From Zootoca vivipara (lineage: Eukaryota): DNA of 64,000 nt. The translations under genes and the position numbers were made by a program. Below the pieces are notes generated by a model, which was not told where the DNA came from, made no database searches, and worked only from the letters and a program-made list of their open reading frames with translations. The number at the start of each line of letters is the position of its first letter. Within the stretch, counting starts at the first letter, position 1. The stretch covers positions 71,052,001 to 71,116,000 of the forward strand of contig NC_083279.1 in the NCBI RefSeq assembly GCF_963506605.1. The letters run 5' to 3'. Below are positions 37,401 to 48,024 of the stretch, piece by piece.

Positions 37401-40400
37401 AAAAGTAATTTCTAGATTTGTTTGCACAATTGCAGAAGTTTGCTTTCTGCTGAAGTGTCAGGCTTCACTATGTCCTGCAAACTCCTTTAGAAGCATCTCC
37501 ACACAAGCGTCTCACTTTTTCTGACCCAGTCTTCACTTCATTGGTTCTTATCTCTGGACCTAGTTTACCCTGACAATTGGCCAAAACTTCTCTATAGGCT
37601 CTCCTAAGAAGCTTGTGGTAACATTTGTACTTGCAAAGAATGTCTAGAGTTTAAAAGTATCGTATTCTTAAGATGGATAGTAGCCCACCTTCAGAAACAC
37701 ACAAGCATAAGCTGTTCTTGGAGCTACCACCTGCCCTCCCCAGCAACAATAGATTCCCAAAAGAATCTCCTTTCTTCTCTCAGGCCTTTTAAGATCTTGT
37801 TTTTAAGTTCCTATGGAATGGTTAGTGGTTTTAGCATAAGCATTTGATGGTTCCAGTTTCTGCACTCTGTACGGTATTTGGCTGTGCTTGATTTTTGTAT
37901 TTGGCTTTTATGCTGGCTTGTTTTATGCGATTATAGATTTTTATTGTAATACTTTATTTTTCTCCCTTTGAATACCTAGAAGATTCATTTAACAAGGCAT
38001 CTCATAAACAAGAATAATAAATAGGAAGTTAATAAAACTAGCATATTTGATTGGCCTGAACTTGTACTTGTTTCAGCAGGCAATAGGACTCGACTGCCAG
38101 AGGCATGCTGAAGATCACATCCCCAGAATTTAAAGTGATCAGACACCTGAAAACCCAATGAACTGCCCTGACATGCCACAAGCAACAGACAATGTAATGG
38201 TCAATTAACCCAACAGAGATTTTCTGTGCAATGAGAGATCTGCACCTTCCATTCCCCTGGAAACAGCATTATTGCTTACCTGTTGCACTGCTGGATGCTC
38301 ATCTCTATTTAAAGGGATCTCCGATTCAACATCTTCCCACCCAGGAACCCTCTTTAAGGCAGGATCTACAACCTTCGTTTCCTTACTGACCTGGGTGCTT
38401 GACTGTCGATGGTGAAAGAAAAGGCTTTTCTGTGGCATGGGCAGAAACCAGGCCATGGCGAAGGCAACGGACACAGCAGTGAGAGAGATCACATTCAAAT
38501 TGAACAGAGGCCAGTCAAATACAGACACCAGGATTTGTCCAGAAACAGAGCCCACTGTAAAACCCACAAGCGCAGCACTCCGACAGTAGCTTGTGACTTT
38601 TTGATACAACGTTAGGTCCACAACGCTATAGATGTAGGAATAATAGGCAATTTCCGTGGCAGTCACCAGTCCATAAAAGAACTCCAGGAACTGAATAGCC
38701 AGCAGTCCTTCTGCATAAAGCAGCATAAACCATGTCACTATAAGGCTTAGTCCTTGTAGGAGGATGACAGGCTTGTAGCGGAGATAGTCTGTTGCCAGGA
38801 AGACAGGAAAGAGCAGCACCAAATAGGAGTAAGTCCATACTGGATAAATTTCATTGAAGACCTAAATGAAGAAGAAAAAGATATGAACATTTGTTAACAG
38901 AAAATTCATATTCTAAGAGGTGTAACTTACAGCTCATTCAAATACAAGCTTTTGCGTAACATCAAACTGTGCAAGGGGTAGTTGCCAAGCAAATTCTCTC
39001 TAGAGAGGCTATTATACAGCCAGAGTCCCTTGGAAAGCATGGAGCATCTGATGGCATTTGGTAGTCATTTCTAGAGAGGGGAAATGGAGAATGAGAAGAG
39101 TATGCTCGCTGGTCCACACTGCAACCTCACTCCATCACCCCAGTGTGAGTTTAGAAGAAACAACCTCATGAAGAACAGCTATTTCCCCCTCATGTTTCCC
39201 TATTCATGGTTTTAGGATCGAGTCAGAGATATCCTGCTCTGTTAAGGAAAGGATGGGCAACCTGTGGCCCTTCAGAACTTGTTGTTGAACTCCCACTCGT
39301 CTAGGCATCCCCAAACTTCGGTCCTCCAGATGTTTTGGACTACAATTCCCATCATCCCTGACCATTGGTCCTGTTAGCTAGGGATCATGGGAGTTGTAGC
39401 CCAAAACATCTGAAGGGCCGCAGTTTGGGGATGCCTGCACTAGTCCATAGCTGCCAAGTCTCCCGTTTTTCGCGGGAAACCCCCGTATTTTAAACCGTTT
39501 CCCGCCAGCAGCCCAAGTTGAAAAAAATCCCATAAATCCTCCAGATTTCCTACCTGCCAGGGAGGTCCTGGCGCCACCCGATTTCCTGTGTTCATACATG
39601 GGTAGCGCAGCTCCGGAAGTCGCTTCTACGCATGCCTGGACATACATAGAAGCGACTTCCGGTGCCACTCCGTCCATGCCTGGGCACCGAAAATCGGGTA
39701 GAGCAGCACCGGATGTTGCTTCTACGCATGTCCAGACCTGCATTTTTCGGCGGGAGACTTGACAGCTATGCACTAGTCCCAGGCTGCATGGCCAATATTC
39801 ATGGCTGATAGGAGTTGGCAGTTCAGCTACATGTAGAGAGTCAGAGGTTCCCCATCCCTGTATTCTGGCTCCACCCCACTGACCTTTACCCCACTGCAAG
39901 GATTGATTTTTATGTGTTCACCGCAGAAAAATAAACTTTTGCTGGCTAGGGAGGGAGAAGAGAAGGTAAAATAGGTTAAAAAGAGTGGTCCAAAATTAAA
40001 GTTTCAGAAGCAGTGCCTTACTAGGGTTGGCTGGCATGACACTTTATTAATCTCAGGCTCGGACACTGCAGTAGTGGTACAGGCTGATACGGTATTTCCA
40101 GCTTGAAATGTACCAAATACATATTGAAACAGAGTGCATGTGGGGTTAGTTGGAAAAGGCAATAGAAGATGACCCTGTAATGTTTACAAGTCCATTTGCA
40201 CGAAAAAGTTATGTGTTGTGTTGTTTTTGTGTTACTTCTCATTATTTTTAAGCCTTTGCAAGAAAGACCAAGATGTATAAAAAGCAGCAGTGATCTAAGT
40301 GGATAAAAACTTGTAGGACTGGATATTTCAGAACCTTATCACAAAATCTCCAGAAAATTTTGCTGTCATCTGCAACAGTCAGAATAAAATCATTTGCAAG

Positions 40401-42793
40401 GACTTACAGATTGCTGAAGGTTGAGACAGTCTGCTTCATTGTCATTACAGTATTCATAAAAGGTAAAAAAGAATCCAGTTAAAAAACTGATAGAGGTAGG
40501 AGAACTATGGAATTTGTTTCATGATTTCTACTTAGCAAGCATCCAAGTGATAGCTGTCCTACGCATTACAACCTGTCTCCAAGGGCAAAATTTTAAAAGT
40601 ATGGTTTCTCATAAATAAGTCCTATTCACATCAATTGGATTACTCCTTGGAAAATATGTTAATGGTGCAGTCTTCAGCAAAGGTCTACCTGTTCATTATG
40701 GCACAAGGTAACTCCTGGCATTACTGAAATTGGGCCTTTAACTGTTTCCTGGACGGATTTCCTCCCTACTAAAGGTGTTCAGCCCTTTAATGACTAGTTT
40801 CCTAAATCCAAATGGCATTATTTTCCTGATCTGTTTAACTTTGTTTTATTAGCTTTCCTTCTGCAAGAAACAGAAATGAATTTATTTATTTTTAAGAAAA
40901 TGAAGATCAAGCATGTGCACTCTCTCCAAAACGCAGACAATAGAAAACTGAAGCAGGGAGCAGGTGCCAAAAGCGTCCACAGGTTTAGAAGAGGTTGAAG
41001 GCCAGCAGCACACCAACTGTAGATTCTCTCAACAACTTTGAGTCAACCAGCTCACAGCTGCTGATTGCAGCCTATGCTGATGATGATGGACAACAAAGAT
41101 AAACTCCCCAAGCCCTCAACCAAGGGTCAATAATGCTTAGGTAGTCCATACAGGATGGCCTAGGCCTGCAGCTTGGATGAATAGCTGCAGGCCAAGGCTT
41201 GAATGAGAAAACACTAAAATGCAACAGGCAGCAACTCAAGTCTCCATAATAACTGAGTGGATGATGGCAATTCCAAATAACCGTTACTGTAGACGCAAGT
41301 TTGATCTAGGTGAGGGATGGGCAGAAGATAGACCAAGATCTTCTGGTAGGATTAATATCACTCATTTGCACTACCACCATGCAAATCATAGAATCATAAA
41401 AGTGTAGAGCTGGAAGGGACCACAAGGGCCATCTATTCCAACCGCCTGCAAAGCAGAAATCTTTTGCCCAAGGTATGGCTTGAACCCATGACCCTGAGAT
41501 TAAGAGTTTCATGCTCTACCAACTGAACTACAAATATATGGTTAAAAATTATGAAATGGGTCTCCAAATACATGTTTGGGTTAAAAGTGGGTTCTGGGTC
41601 TAAAAAGTTTGAAACGTATGGCTCTATATGATTCCACAGTAGATCAACAATTATTTTTGAATCCAAGTCTGGGATAGCTGAGTTGGTAGAGTGTGAGACT
41701 CTTAATCTCAGGGTCATGGGCTCAAGCCCCACTTTGTGCAAAAAAAATCCTACATTGCAGGGAATTGACCTAGAGGACTCTTGGTGCTCTCTTCTAATTC
41801 TACAATTCTATGAATCTAAGTTGTCTAACAAAGGACTCTCTCCTCCCATTATACTTCTGAAATTACGGAAGGAGAGGTGATCACATGCGGAAAGGACTTT
41901 TCTTAAATACTGTAAGGATTATGAGCTATATTGATTTCCAGCACTCAGAATAAATGTGTGGGCTCAGGATTCTTTAATTCAAGCTGCATGCCTTTTGCAC
42001 AGGGATGCAAGATTCCAGTAAAAATATAAGTAAACCCCACATGCCCACCCTGATCTATCAATCTCTGCATACAATGCAGTATACCAGTGACAGCAGGGAC
42101 CCCATCGCAGGCTAGTGACGTAAGTTTGGCAAGTGCAAGTCAGAAGATCCACCTGCTGCTGCTCAGGACAGTGACAAACTTTCCCGCCGCGACATCCTCT
42201 TTCCCTCCCGCTTCCACCAAGGGGATCACGCGCTTATGAATCTACCAGTAATTCTGACTTCCCCTATAGCTCCAGCAGCCAGCCATTCATCAATACCGAG
42301 TCCCGGGGAGCTTTAGCATTCCAAACCAAGAGATGCCGGAGGGGCTTCAGCCTACCTGGAATTCGGCGCTAGCGAAGGGTCCTCTGCACATGTTCGAGAG
42401 CCCTCTCTCCTTAGCATGACCGACGGCTGAGGTGGAAACACAAAGCCCCGGGCTACTAGCACTGAACTTTGGGAGTAAAGCTCTACAGAGCTCGGTGGGG
42501 CTTACTTCCGAGGAGACACGTGCCCCGTCCCCCCGCAGACGAATCCCCTCTTCGAAACGCTACGGACTAAAAATGCCGCCGCCCCGGAATACCTGAGTCT
42601 CGGTGAGGTTCTTGTCCGGTCCCAACAGGTAAGGCGTGAGGAAAGGTTCCGACGGCCGCAAGTTGGCGAAGAAGCCGTAGCCGCACAGCACCGCCGTGGG
42701 CAAAGCCCAGCCGAAGGCGCGCGGAGCCCGCCCCACGCGGCGAGGCAACAACACCCGGGACCGGAGCCCGTCCAGAACACCCTGCGCTTCCAT
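28296..42793 (-). CDS. SLC19A2: SLC19A2 thiamine transporter 1, complete CDS join(42593-42793,38280-38861,32942-33164,31913-32105,29038-29179,28296-28421), 488 aa
   Basis: SLC19 motifs [65 protein letters not shown]; six exons; located between CCDC181 and F5; 1467 nt total. Confidence 0.97.
29038..29179 (-). CDS. SLC19A2: SLC19A2 exon 5
   Basis: gtgaag|[24 protein letters not shown]...DIFTQ|gtaagg; 142 nt. Confidence 0.96.
30567..30845 (+). mobile_element. tRNA-derived SINE apparently interrupted by an old hAT-like MITE (~30686-30790)
   Basis: tagctcaatggtaga head, ctcagtataagacag tail, MITE-like sequence in between. Confidence 0.55.
31480..31610 (-). mobile_element. tRNA-Lys(CTT)-derived SINE with CR1-type tail
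   Basis: Reverse strand gagactcttaatctcagg..tgggttcgagcccc head plus (attctatg) tail. Confidence 0.8.
31913..32105 (-). CDS. SLC19A2: SLC19A2 exon 4
   Basis: tacag|AVAVFVVG...LLITIAT|gtaagt; 193 nt. Confidence 0.96.
32942..33164 (-). CDS. SLC19A2: SLC19A2 exon 3
   Basis: tgcag|EQKVDIV...VSTLLG|gtaagt; 223 nt. Confidence 0.96.
33393..33452 (+). mobile_element. CR1/SINE 3' tail fragment
   Basis: ggggttggattagatgacc..cccttccaactctataattctatgattctatg. Confidence 0.7.
34754..34776. repeat. (CA)n microsatellite
   Basis: Direct reading. Confidence 0.9.
38280..38861 (-). CDS. SLC19A2: SLC19A2 exon 2
   Basis: tttag|[17 protein letters not shown]...EHPAVQQ|gtaagc. Confidence 0.96.
39302..39437. 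mobile_element. hAT MITE family A (~136 bp palindromic)
   Basis: TIR (c/t)aggcatccccaaact; 8-bp TSD cactcgtc/cactagtc. Confidence 0.88.
39446..39770. mobile_element. hAT MITE family B (325 bp)
   Basis: TIR catagctgccaagtctcccg / cgggagacttgacagctatg; perfect TSD cactagtc (39438-39445, 39771-39778). Confidence 0.9.
41385..41530 (-). mobile_element. tRNA-Lys-derived SINE with CR1 tail (left member of inverted pair)
   Basis: Reverse strand tagttcagttggtagagcatgaaactcttaatctcagggtcatgggttcaagcc...ttccagctctac..atgattctatga. Confidence 0.85.
41669..41820 (+). mobile_element. tRNA-Lys-derived SINE with CR1 tail (right member of inverted pair)
   Basis: gggatagctgagttggtagagtgtgagactcttaatctcagggtcatgggctcaagccccac...ctacaattctatga. 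Confidence 0.85.
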
Positions 42794-43160
42794 CCGACGA
42801 GCCCCGGGATGGGGCGTCTCCGCGTACGTACGTCCCTCTCGCTCTCTTTCTATCTGAAGCGCACCGCTCGCTCGGCTCGCACTAATCTGCACCGCTGCCC
42901 ACGCGGCTGAGTGCCAAAGGCACCTTGGCCCTGCGCAGTAGCGCGCGCGCCAGGCACGCCCCGCCACTTCCGGTATCGTTTGTTTGTTTGTTTTTTGTGG
43001 TACCGGTAGTAGGAGCGCGGGGCGGGAATCTCTGTTCCGTCCCGCAGAGCGTAATAAGGAAGTGCGATGCGGGGGCTCAGGAGACGGTCGTTGAATTGGA
43101 ATTTAAAGAACTGCGCCTTTGCTGCAATCTGAGAGGTGTGGCTTGCGGATGACCCCACAC
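42480..43160 (-). promoter_or_regulatory. SLC19A2 CpG-island promoter
   Basis: CpG-rich around exon 1; ETS CCGGAAGTG 42965-42973, GCGC-rich NRF1-like run ~42932-42950, GC box ~43019. Confidence 0.75.
42593..42793 (-). CDS. SLC19A2: SLC19A2 exon 1 coding
   Basis: MEAQGVLD...DKNLTETQ|gtattc. Confidence 0.93.
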
Positions 43161-43210
43161 AACACACGCATAGGCACACTGGGCTCTCTGGTTTTTTAAA
43201 AAATAAATAT

Positions 43211-43680
43211 ACCTTGCCGACAAAGGTCCGTATAGTTAAAGCTATGGTTTTCCCAGTCGTGATGTATGGAAGTGAGAGCTGGACCATAAAGAAGGCTGAT
43301 CGCCAAAGAATGGATGCTTTTGAATTATGGTGCTGGAGGAGACTCTTGAGAGTCTCATGGACTGCAAGATCAAACCTATCCATTCTGAAGGAAATCAGCC
43401 CTGAGTGCTCACTGGAAGGACAGATCCTGAAGCTGAGGCTCCAATACTTTGGCCACCTCATGAGAATAGAAGACTCCCTGGAAAAGAACCTGATATTGGG
43501 AAAGATTGAGAGCACAAGGAGAAGGGAATGACAGTGGTTGGACAGTGTTCTCGAAGCTACCAACATGAGTTTGACCAAACTGCGGTAGGCAGTGGAAGAC
43601 AGGAGTGCCTGGTGTGCTTTGGTCCATGGGGTCACGAAGAGTCGGACATGACTAAACAACTAAACAACAACAACAACAAC
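43211..43680 (+). mobile_element. RTE-BovB LINE, 5'-truncated
   Basis: Encodes TLPTKVRIVKAMVFPVVMYGSESWTIKKAD...[11 protein letters not shown]; ends gaagagtcggacatgact..(caa)n. Confidence 0.93.
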
Positions 43681-44308
43681 TATGTAATGATGCTTCTAAG
43701 TGATTTTTTTGATTTTTCAATATTATTATCTCAATACCGTAGCTGTCTTCATCCGAGGTCCCAAGGCGGTTCACAAGTCATCTATATAAGGGAATGAGCG
43801 TAGTAAAGGGGGGGGCAGGGGGGCAGCTGCCCTCCCCCAATAAATCAATGCAAATCAATAAAAATACATAGCTAACTGAGGTTCTGCCCCCCTCCTAACA
43901 AAAGACCTTTCTTCTCCACCCCCCCTAACAAAAATTCCTATGGTTCCTGAGAGAGCGTCTCAGGGGCTATGGGATTTTGCAGATCTCCTCGGCAGGTGTC
44001 TTTCCTTAGGCTACATATTTGACCCTCGGATCCAGCCGTCAGATCAGTCAAAAGTCACTGTCAATAATATCCGGAGTCAGTTTTGAACCATCTGAATGAA
44101 AGATGAAGCTGGAACATTGGTGGAAAGGTTGCTGTGTAGGATCCAATGTTGATTAGACATTAGAAACCAAGGCAAACTTCTTGACATGGAAACTGCTAGA
44201 AGCTGGCATGGGAAACACTTGTGTAAGTAAGTAGTCAGTAATGTGTGAAAGTATATAGACCCAAGTTCAGACCCCACTAGACCCAGCATCTGTGCTCTCT
44301 TACAATAG

Positions 44309-44556
44309 GAGCCAGCATGGTGTAGTGGTTAAGAGCAGTGGACTCGTAATCTGGTGAACCAGGTTCGCTTCCCCCGCTCCTCTACATGCAGCTGCTTGGT
44401 GACCTTGGGCTAGTTACACTTCTCTGAAGTCTCTCAGCCTCACTCACCTCACAGAGTGTTTGTTGTGGGGGAGGAAGGGAAAGGAGATTGTTAGCAGCTT
44501 TGAGACTCCTTAAGGGGAGTGAAAGGCAGAATATCAAGTCCAAACTCTTCTTCTTC
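44309..44556 (+). mobile_element. MIR-like/CORE tRNA-SINE
   Basis: tggtgtagtggttaagagc A-box, ggttcg B-box, gtgaccttggg core, (ctt)n tail. Confidence 0.75.
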
Positions 44557-44756
44557 TAGGTTGTATTCCACTAAGTCCTACTCAGAGTAGACCCTAATGA
44601 ACCCTAATGATGGGCACCTCACTCAGTCACCTTGGGCCAGTCACTGTCTCTCAGCCTAACCTACCTCACAGGGTTATTGTGAGATTAAAATGGAGAGGGG
44701 ACAACAAAGTACACCACCTTTTGCTTCTTTGAAGATAAAGTGGTATATAACTGATT

Positions 44757-44985
44757 AAAAATTCCTTCCAGTAGCACCTTAGAGACCAACAAAGTTTCTC
44801 ATGGGTATGAGCTTTCGTGTGCACGCACACTTCATTTCACACTTGTGAAAGTGTGGTGTCTGAAGAAGTGTGCATGCACATGAAAGTTCATACCAATGAC
44901 AAACTTAGTTGGTCTCTAAGATGCTACTGGAAGGAATTTTTTTATTTTGTTTCGACTACATCAGACCAACACGGCTACCTACTTG
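44757..44985. mobile_element. Penelope-like element remnant with inverted terminal duplication and hammerhead motif
   Basis: 44761-44833 is the reverse complement of ~44865-44937; 44859-44985 matches 2563-2695. Confidence 0.75.
44854..44895 (+). ncRNA. Minimal type-I hammerhead ribozyme-like motif (Penelope-associated, degenerate)
   Basis: UGGUGU-CUGAAGA-A-GUGUGC/AU/GCACAU-GAAA-GU-UC-AUACCA: stem I (UGGUGU:AUACCA), catalytic boxes CUGANGA and GAAA, UH site. Confidence 0.6.
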
Positions 44986-45730
44986 TAACTGATAAAAAAT
45001 GGAATGTCCATTAACTTCAGTGGGTCTACTCTGAGTACAACTAGGTTATCTTATCAAGCATATTGTTGTCCTATGTTTCCTTTAAAGTATCTCTCTCACA
45101 CACACAATTAGATAAAAAGTTGTGCCTTAATTAAGCATCTGACCTTGTGGCTGCAGTTGACATGAATTTTAGGTGATGCAATTGTTATCTGAACTTTCAA
45201 AAAACAAAGAGGCTCTAAATAATATGGTGTCACAACTACTACCAGTTCTCATGACTGTTTTGCCTATCATTTTGTAGTTTATGACCCATTGATCTGACAC
45301 ATTATTTTTGAATCTGTGTTGCCACAATTGATCCAGATCTAGAAATAGCAGGAGGAATCCTTGAGAATTAGTGTACTAGAAGGTTACTAGCCACAAGGCT
45401 TCCGTTCTGTACACTCAACAGCATCCTTTCTCTTTCCTTGCTGAACTTCAACTGAACCTCTGTTATTGAGTTTCAGGAGTTTTACCCTGATCCAAGGTCA
45501 GATCTAAAAATAGTCTTTGCTCTATATTAGGGGAAATGTCCACAATATTTAGAATAGGCCCAGGTCTTTTACATAGAGGGACCACATCAATATTGACAAA
45601 CAGTACATTCTTCCTGAGAGTCTCTCAAATGAATGTACACACACACCCTGGACTCTCAGGGGCTTTAAAAGGAGTGGAAAGGGCTCAGGAAACAGGGCTG
45701 CTTCTGTGTCTTGCCTAGATTAGTCTAGAA

Positions 45731-45867
45731 CAGGCACCCCCCAAACTGCGGCCCTCCAGATGTTTTGGCCTACAAGTTCCATGATCCCTTGCTAACAGGA
45801 CCAGTGGTTGGGGAAGATGGGAATTGTAGTCCAAAACATCTGGAGGGCCGAAGTTTGGGGATGCCTG
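45731..45867. mobile_element. hAT MITE family A
   Basis: Perfect 8-bp TSD gtctagaa; TIR caggca..cccaaact. Confidence 0.9.
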
Positions 45868-46773
45868 GTCTAGAACAAGACTTCAGTCTAGACTACATCA
45901 TGTAAGGAGTTTCTCCCCTCTGAAATTTTGGGGAGCCTGAATCTTCATCAACCTAATAACACAACCTGGATCCCTCTCTCAGTTGAATTTTGCATGAAGT
46001 ACAGAGTGAAGTCACCTCAGAACTTGTCTATTTCACCAGAGTAAACCAGTTTCAGTTATTGCTGAAGGCGCTCTCAAAGCACGTTGTAGCAAGCATCATG
46101 CACGAGACTGTTTCTGCCTAATGACTAAGCATGGTCTTTTGAAATTTCAGGTGTAGTCACCCAGGAATCATCTTATTCCACATAAGATCAGCTGAATGTA
46201 TTGCAAAAGAGAGGGCCAACAGACAGAAAGGGAAAATAATATTTCCTGGTTATAGTGTACCTGTTAAAGAGCTCCTGATTTTATTAAGATGTGAGCTAAC
46301 GGGGGACACTATTAGAAAGTTTAAAATGCTGGCCTGAGTTAAGCTACATAAATTCCAAACAGAATAATCAATGATGCAATATTGCATTAATTATAAAGTA
46401 CTAAAATTATTTGTTTTAAATTATCATGCAAATATTGAGCTACCTGGATGTCAGCAACTGAATACTGTGGGACTTCCAAGTAAACATGAATAGAATAGTG
46501 TTGTTGGTCTCAAACTCAATTTCCCACCTGTGAAATGAGCCTATTTTTAGCCAAATCATCCTTGCTATTATGAGGGATTAAAGAAAAGATATGAAAAGCT
46601 TGCTTTGTTTTCATTAGCATATTTTATGGGAGTGAAGACATTGCAGTGAAATCATTTTGCCAAGGTGTGCTCAAGGACCACACATACAACAAAGCAGAGC
46701 TGTAGCTCCCTTCTTTACTTTTGCAGGTTTCTCTTCCTTGCATCCTAGGATTTCCCTCTGCTATGTTAACCTG

Positions 46774-47290
46774 GAGAAAAGCAATGACAAACCTAGACAG
46801 CATCTTAAAAAGCAGAGACATCACCTTGCCAACAAAGGTCCGTATAGTTAAAGCTATGGTTTTCCCTCTAGTGATGTATGGAAGTGAGAGCTGGACCATA
46901 AAGAAGGCTGATTGCCGAAAAATTGATGCTTTTGAATTATGGTGCTGGAGGAGAATCTTGAGAGTCCCATGGACTGCAAGAAGATCAAATCTACCCATTC
47001 TTAAGGAAATCAGCCCCGAGTGCTCACTGGAAGGACAGATCCTGAAGCTGAGGCTCCAATACTTTGGCCACCACATGAGAAGAGAAGACTCCTTGGAAAA
47101 GACCCTGATGTTGGGAAAGATGGAGGGCACAAGGAGAAGGGGACGACAGAGGATGAGATGGCTGGACAGTGTTCTCGAAGCTACCAACATGAGTTTGACT
47201 AAACTGTGGGGGGCAGTGAAAGACAGGAGTGCCTGGCATGCTATGGTCTATGGGGTCATGAAGAGTCGGACACGACTAAACAACAACAAA
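46774..47290 (+). mobile_element. RTE-BovB LINE, 5'-truncated, with TSD
   Basis: Uninterrupted RT C-terminal ORF (46721-47302); 11-bp TSD atgttaacctg at 46763-46773 and 47291-47301. Confidence 0.95.
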
Positions 47291-47888
47291 ATGTTAACCT
47301 GAGTTATCTGCATTGGTAAAGGCAGGTGACACAGTATATCCATGTACCGGTACTAATGTTTGTGCAACACCCCTACAAATAGCTGGATGTCAGAGGCTAA
47401 GCTAGGATAATAGCTGATTGTTTAATACCAATACAATATTATTTGCCAAAACAGAAATGGAAAATAAAATCCAGTTTAAATAAAGTACAATGAATACAGG
47501 AAGAATAATATTCATATGGTAAGCATATGAGCTGGCTGTGTGCAGGAACTTTGATCAGAAAAACATAATAATGTTGCAACCCAGAGTTTGAGTCGGATGC
47601 TTTGAAGTAAACTCATTCTTCACAGTTATAAGAAATAACAACAATGAATGATTTGTTAAAAATTTAACATGCTTGATAAAGTGAATCAGATGCATCTAGC
47701 AGTAGTCAGCTTGGCAAAAAACCTCACATTTTTAAAAACAACCACTGCCTCAGATTAGATCTATTTAAGCACTTAATCCAGTTTTCTATGATTTGGGCCA
47801 AATTGCATGAAAGTCATGATGATATTTCTCAAAATTCTTTTTATTTACTCCAAAGCAGATGTAGACTGAAATTGATTAAGGTTTAACC

Positions 47889-48024
47889 CAGGCATGGCCA
47901 AACTTGGCCCTCCAGAGGTTTTGGGACTACAACTCCCATCATCCCTAGCTAACAGAACCAGTGGTCAGGGATGATGGGAATTGTAGTCCCAAATCATCTG
48001 GTGGGCCAAGTTTGGCCATGCCTG
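47889..48024. mobile_element. hAT MITE family A variant
   Basis: TIR caggcatggccaaacttggccc; perfect TSD gtttaacc. Confidence 0.9.

Noticed and set aside
41669-41745. Apparent tRNA-Lys(CTT) gene
   Set aside because: Acceptor, T and anticodon stems are mutated, it continues into a CR1-type tail, and dispersed copies exist; it is a SINE head.
42120-42400. p53 response element in SLC19A2 intron 1
   Set aside because: Only isolated imperfect half-sites (e.g. GCACATGTTC); no paired consensus.
42794-42967. In-frame GTG-initiated N-terminal extension of SLC19A2
   Set aside because: The GTG lies in an ETS promoter motif, probably at or upstream of the TSS; open frames are expected in CpG islands; the ATG at 42793 gives the expected exon-1 length.
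42850-43659. 269-aa minus-strand ORF (also 46624-47190, 58732-59067)
   Set aside because: Antisense frames of BovB fragments.
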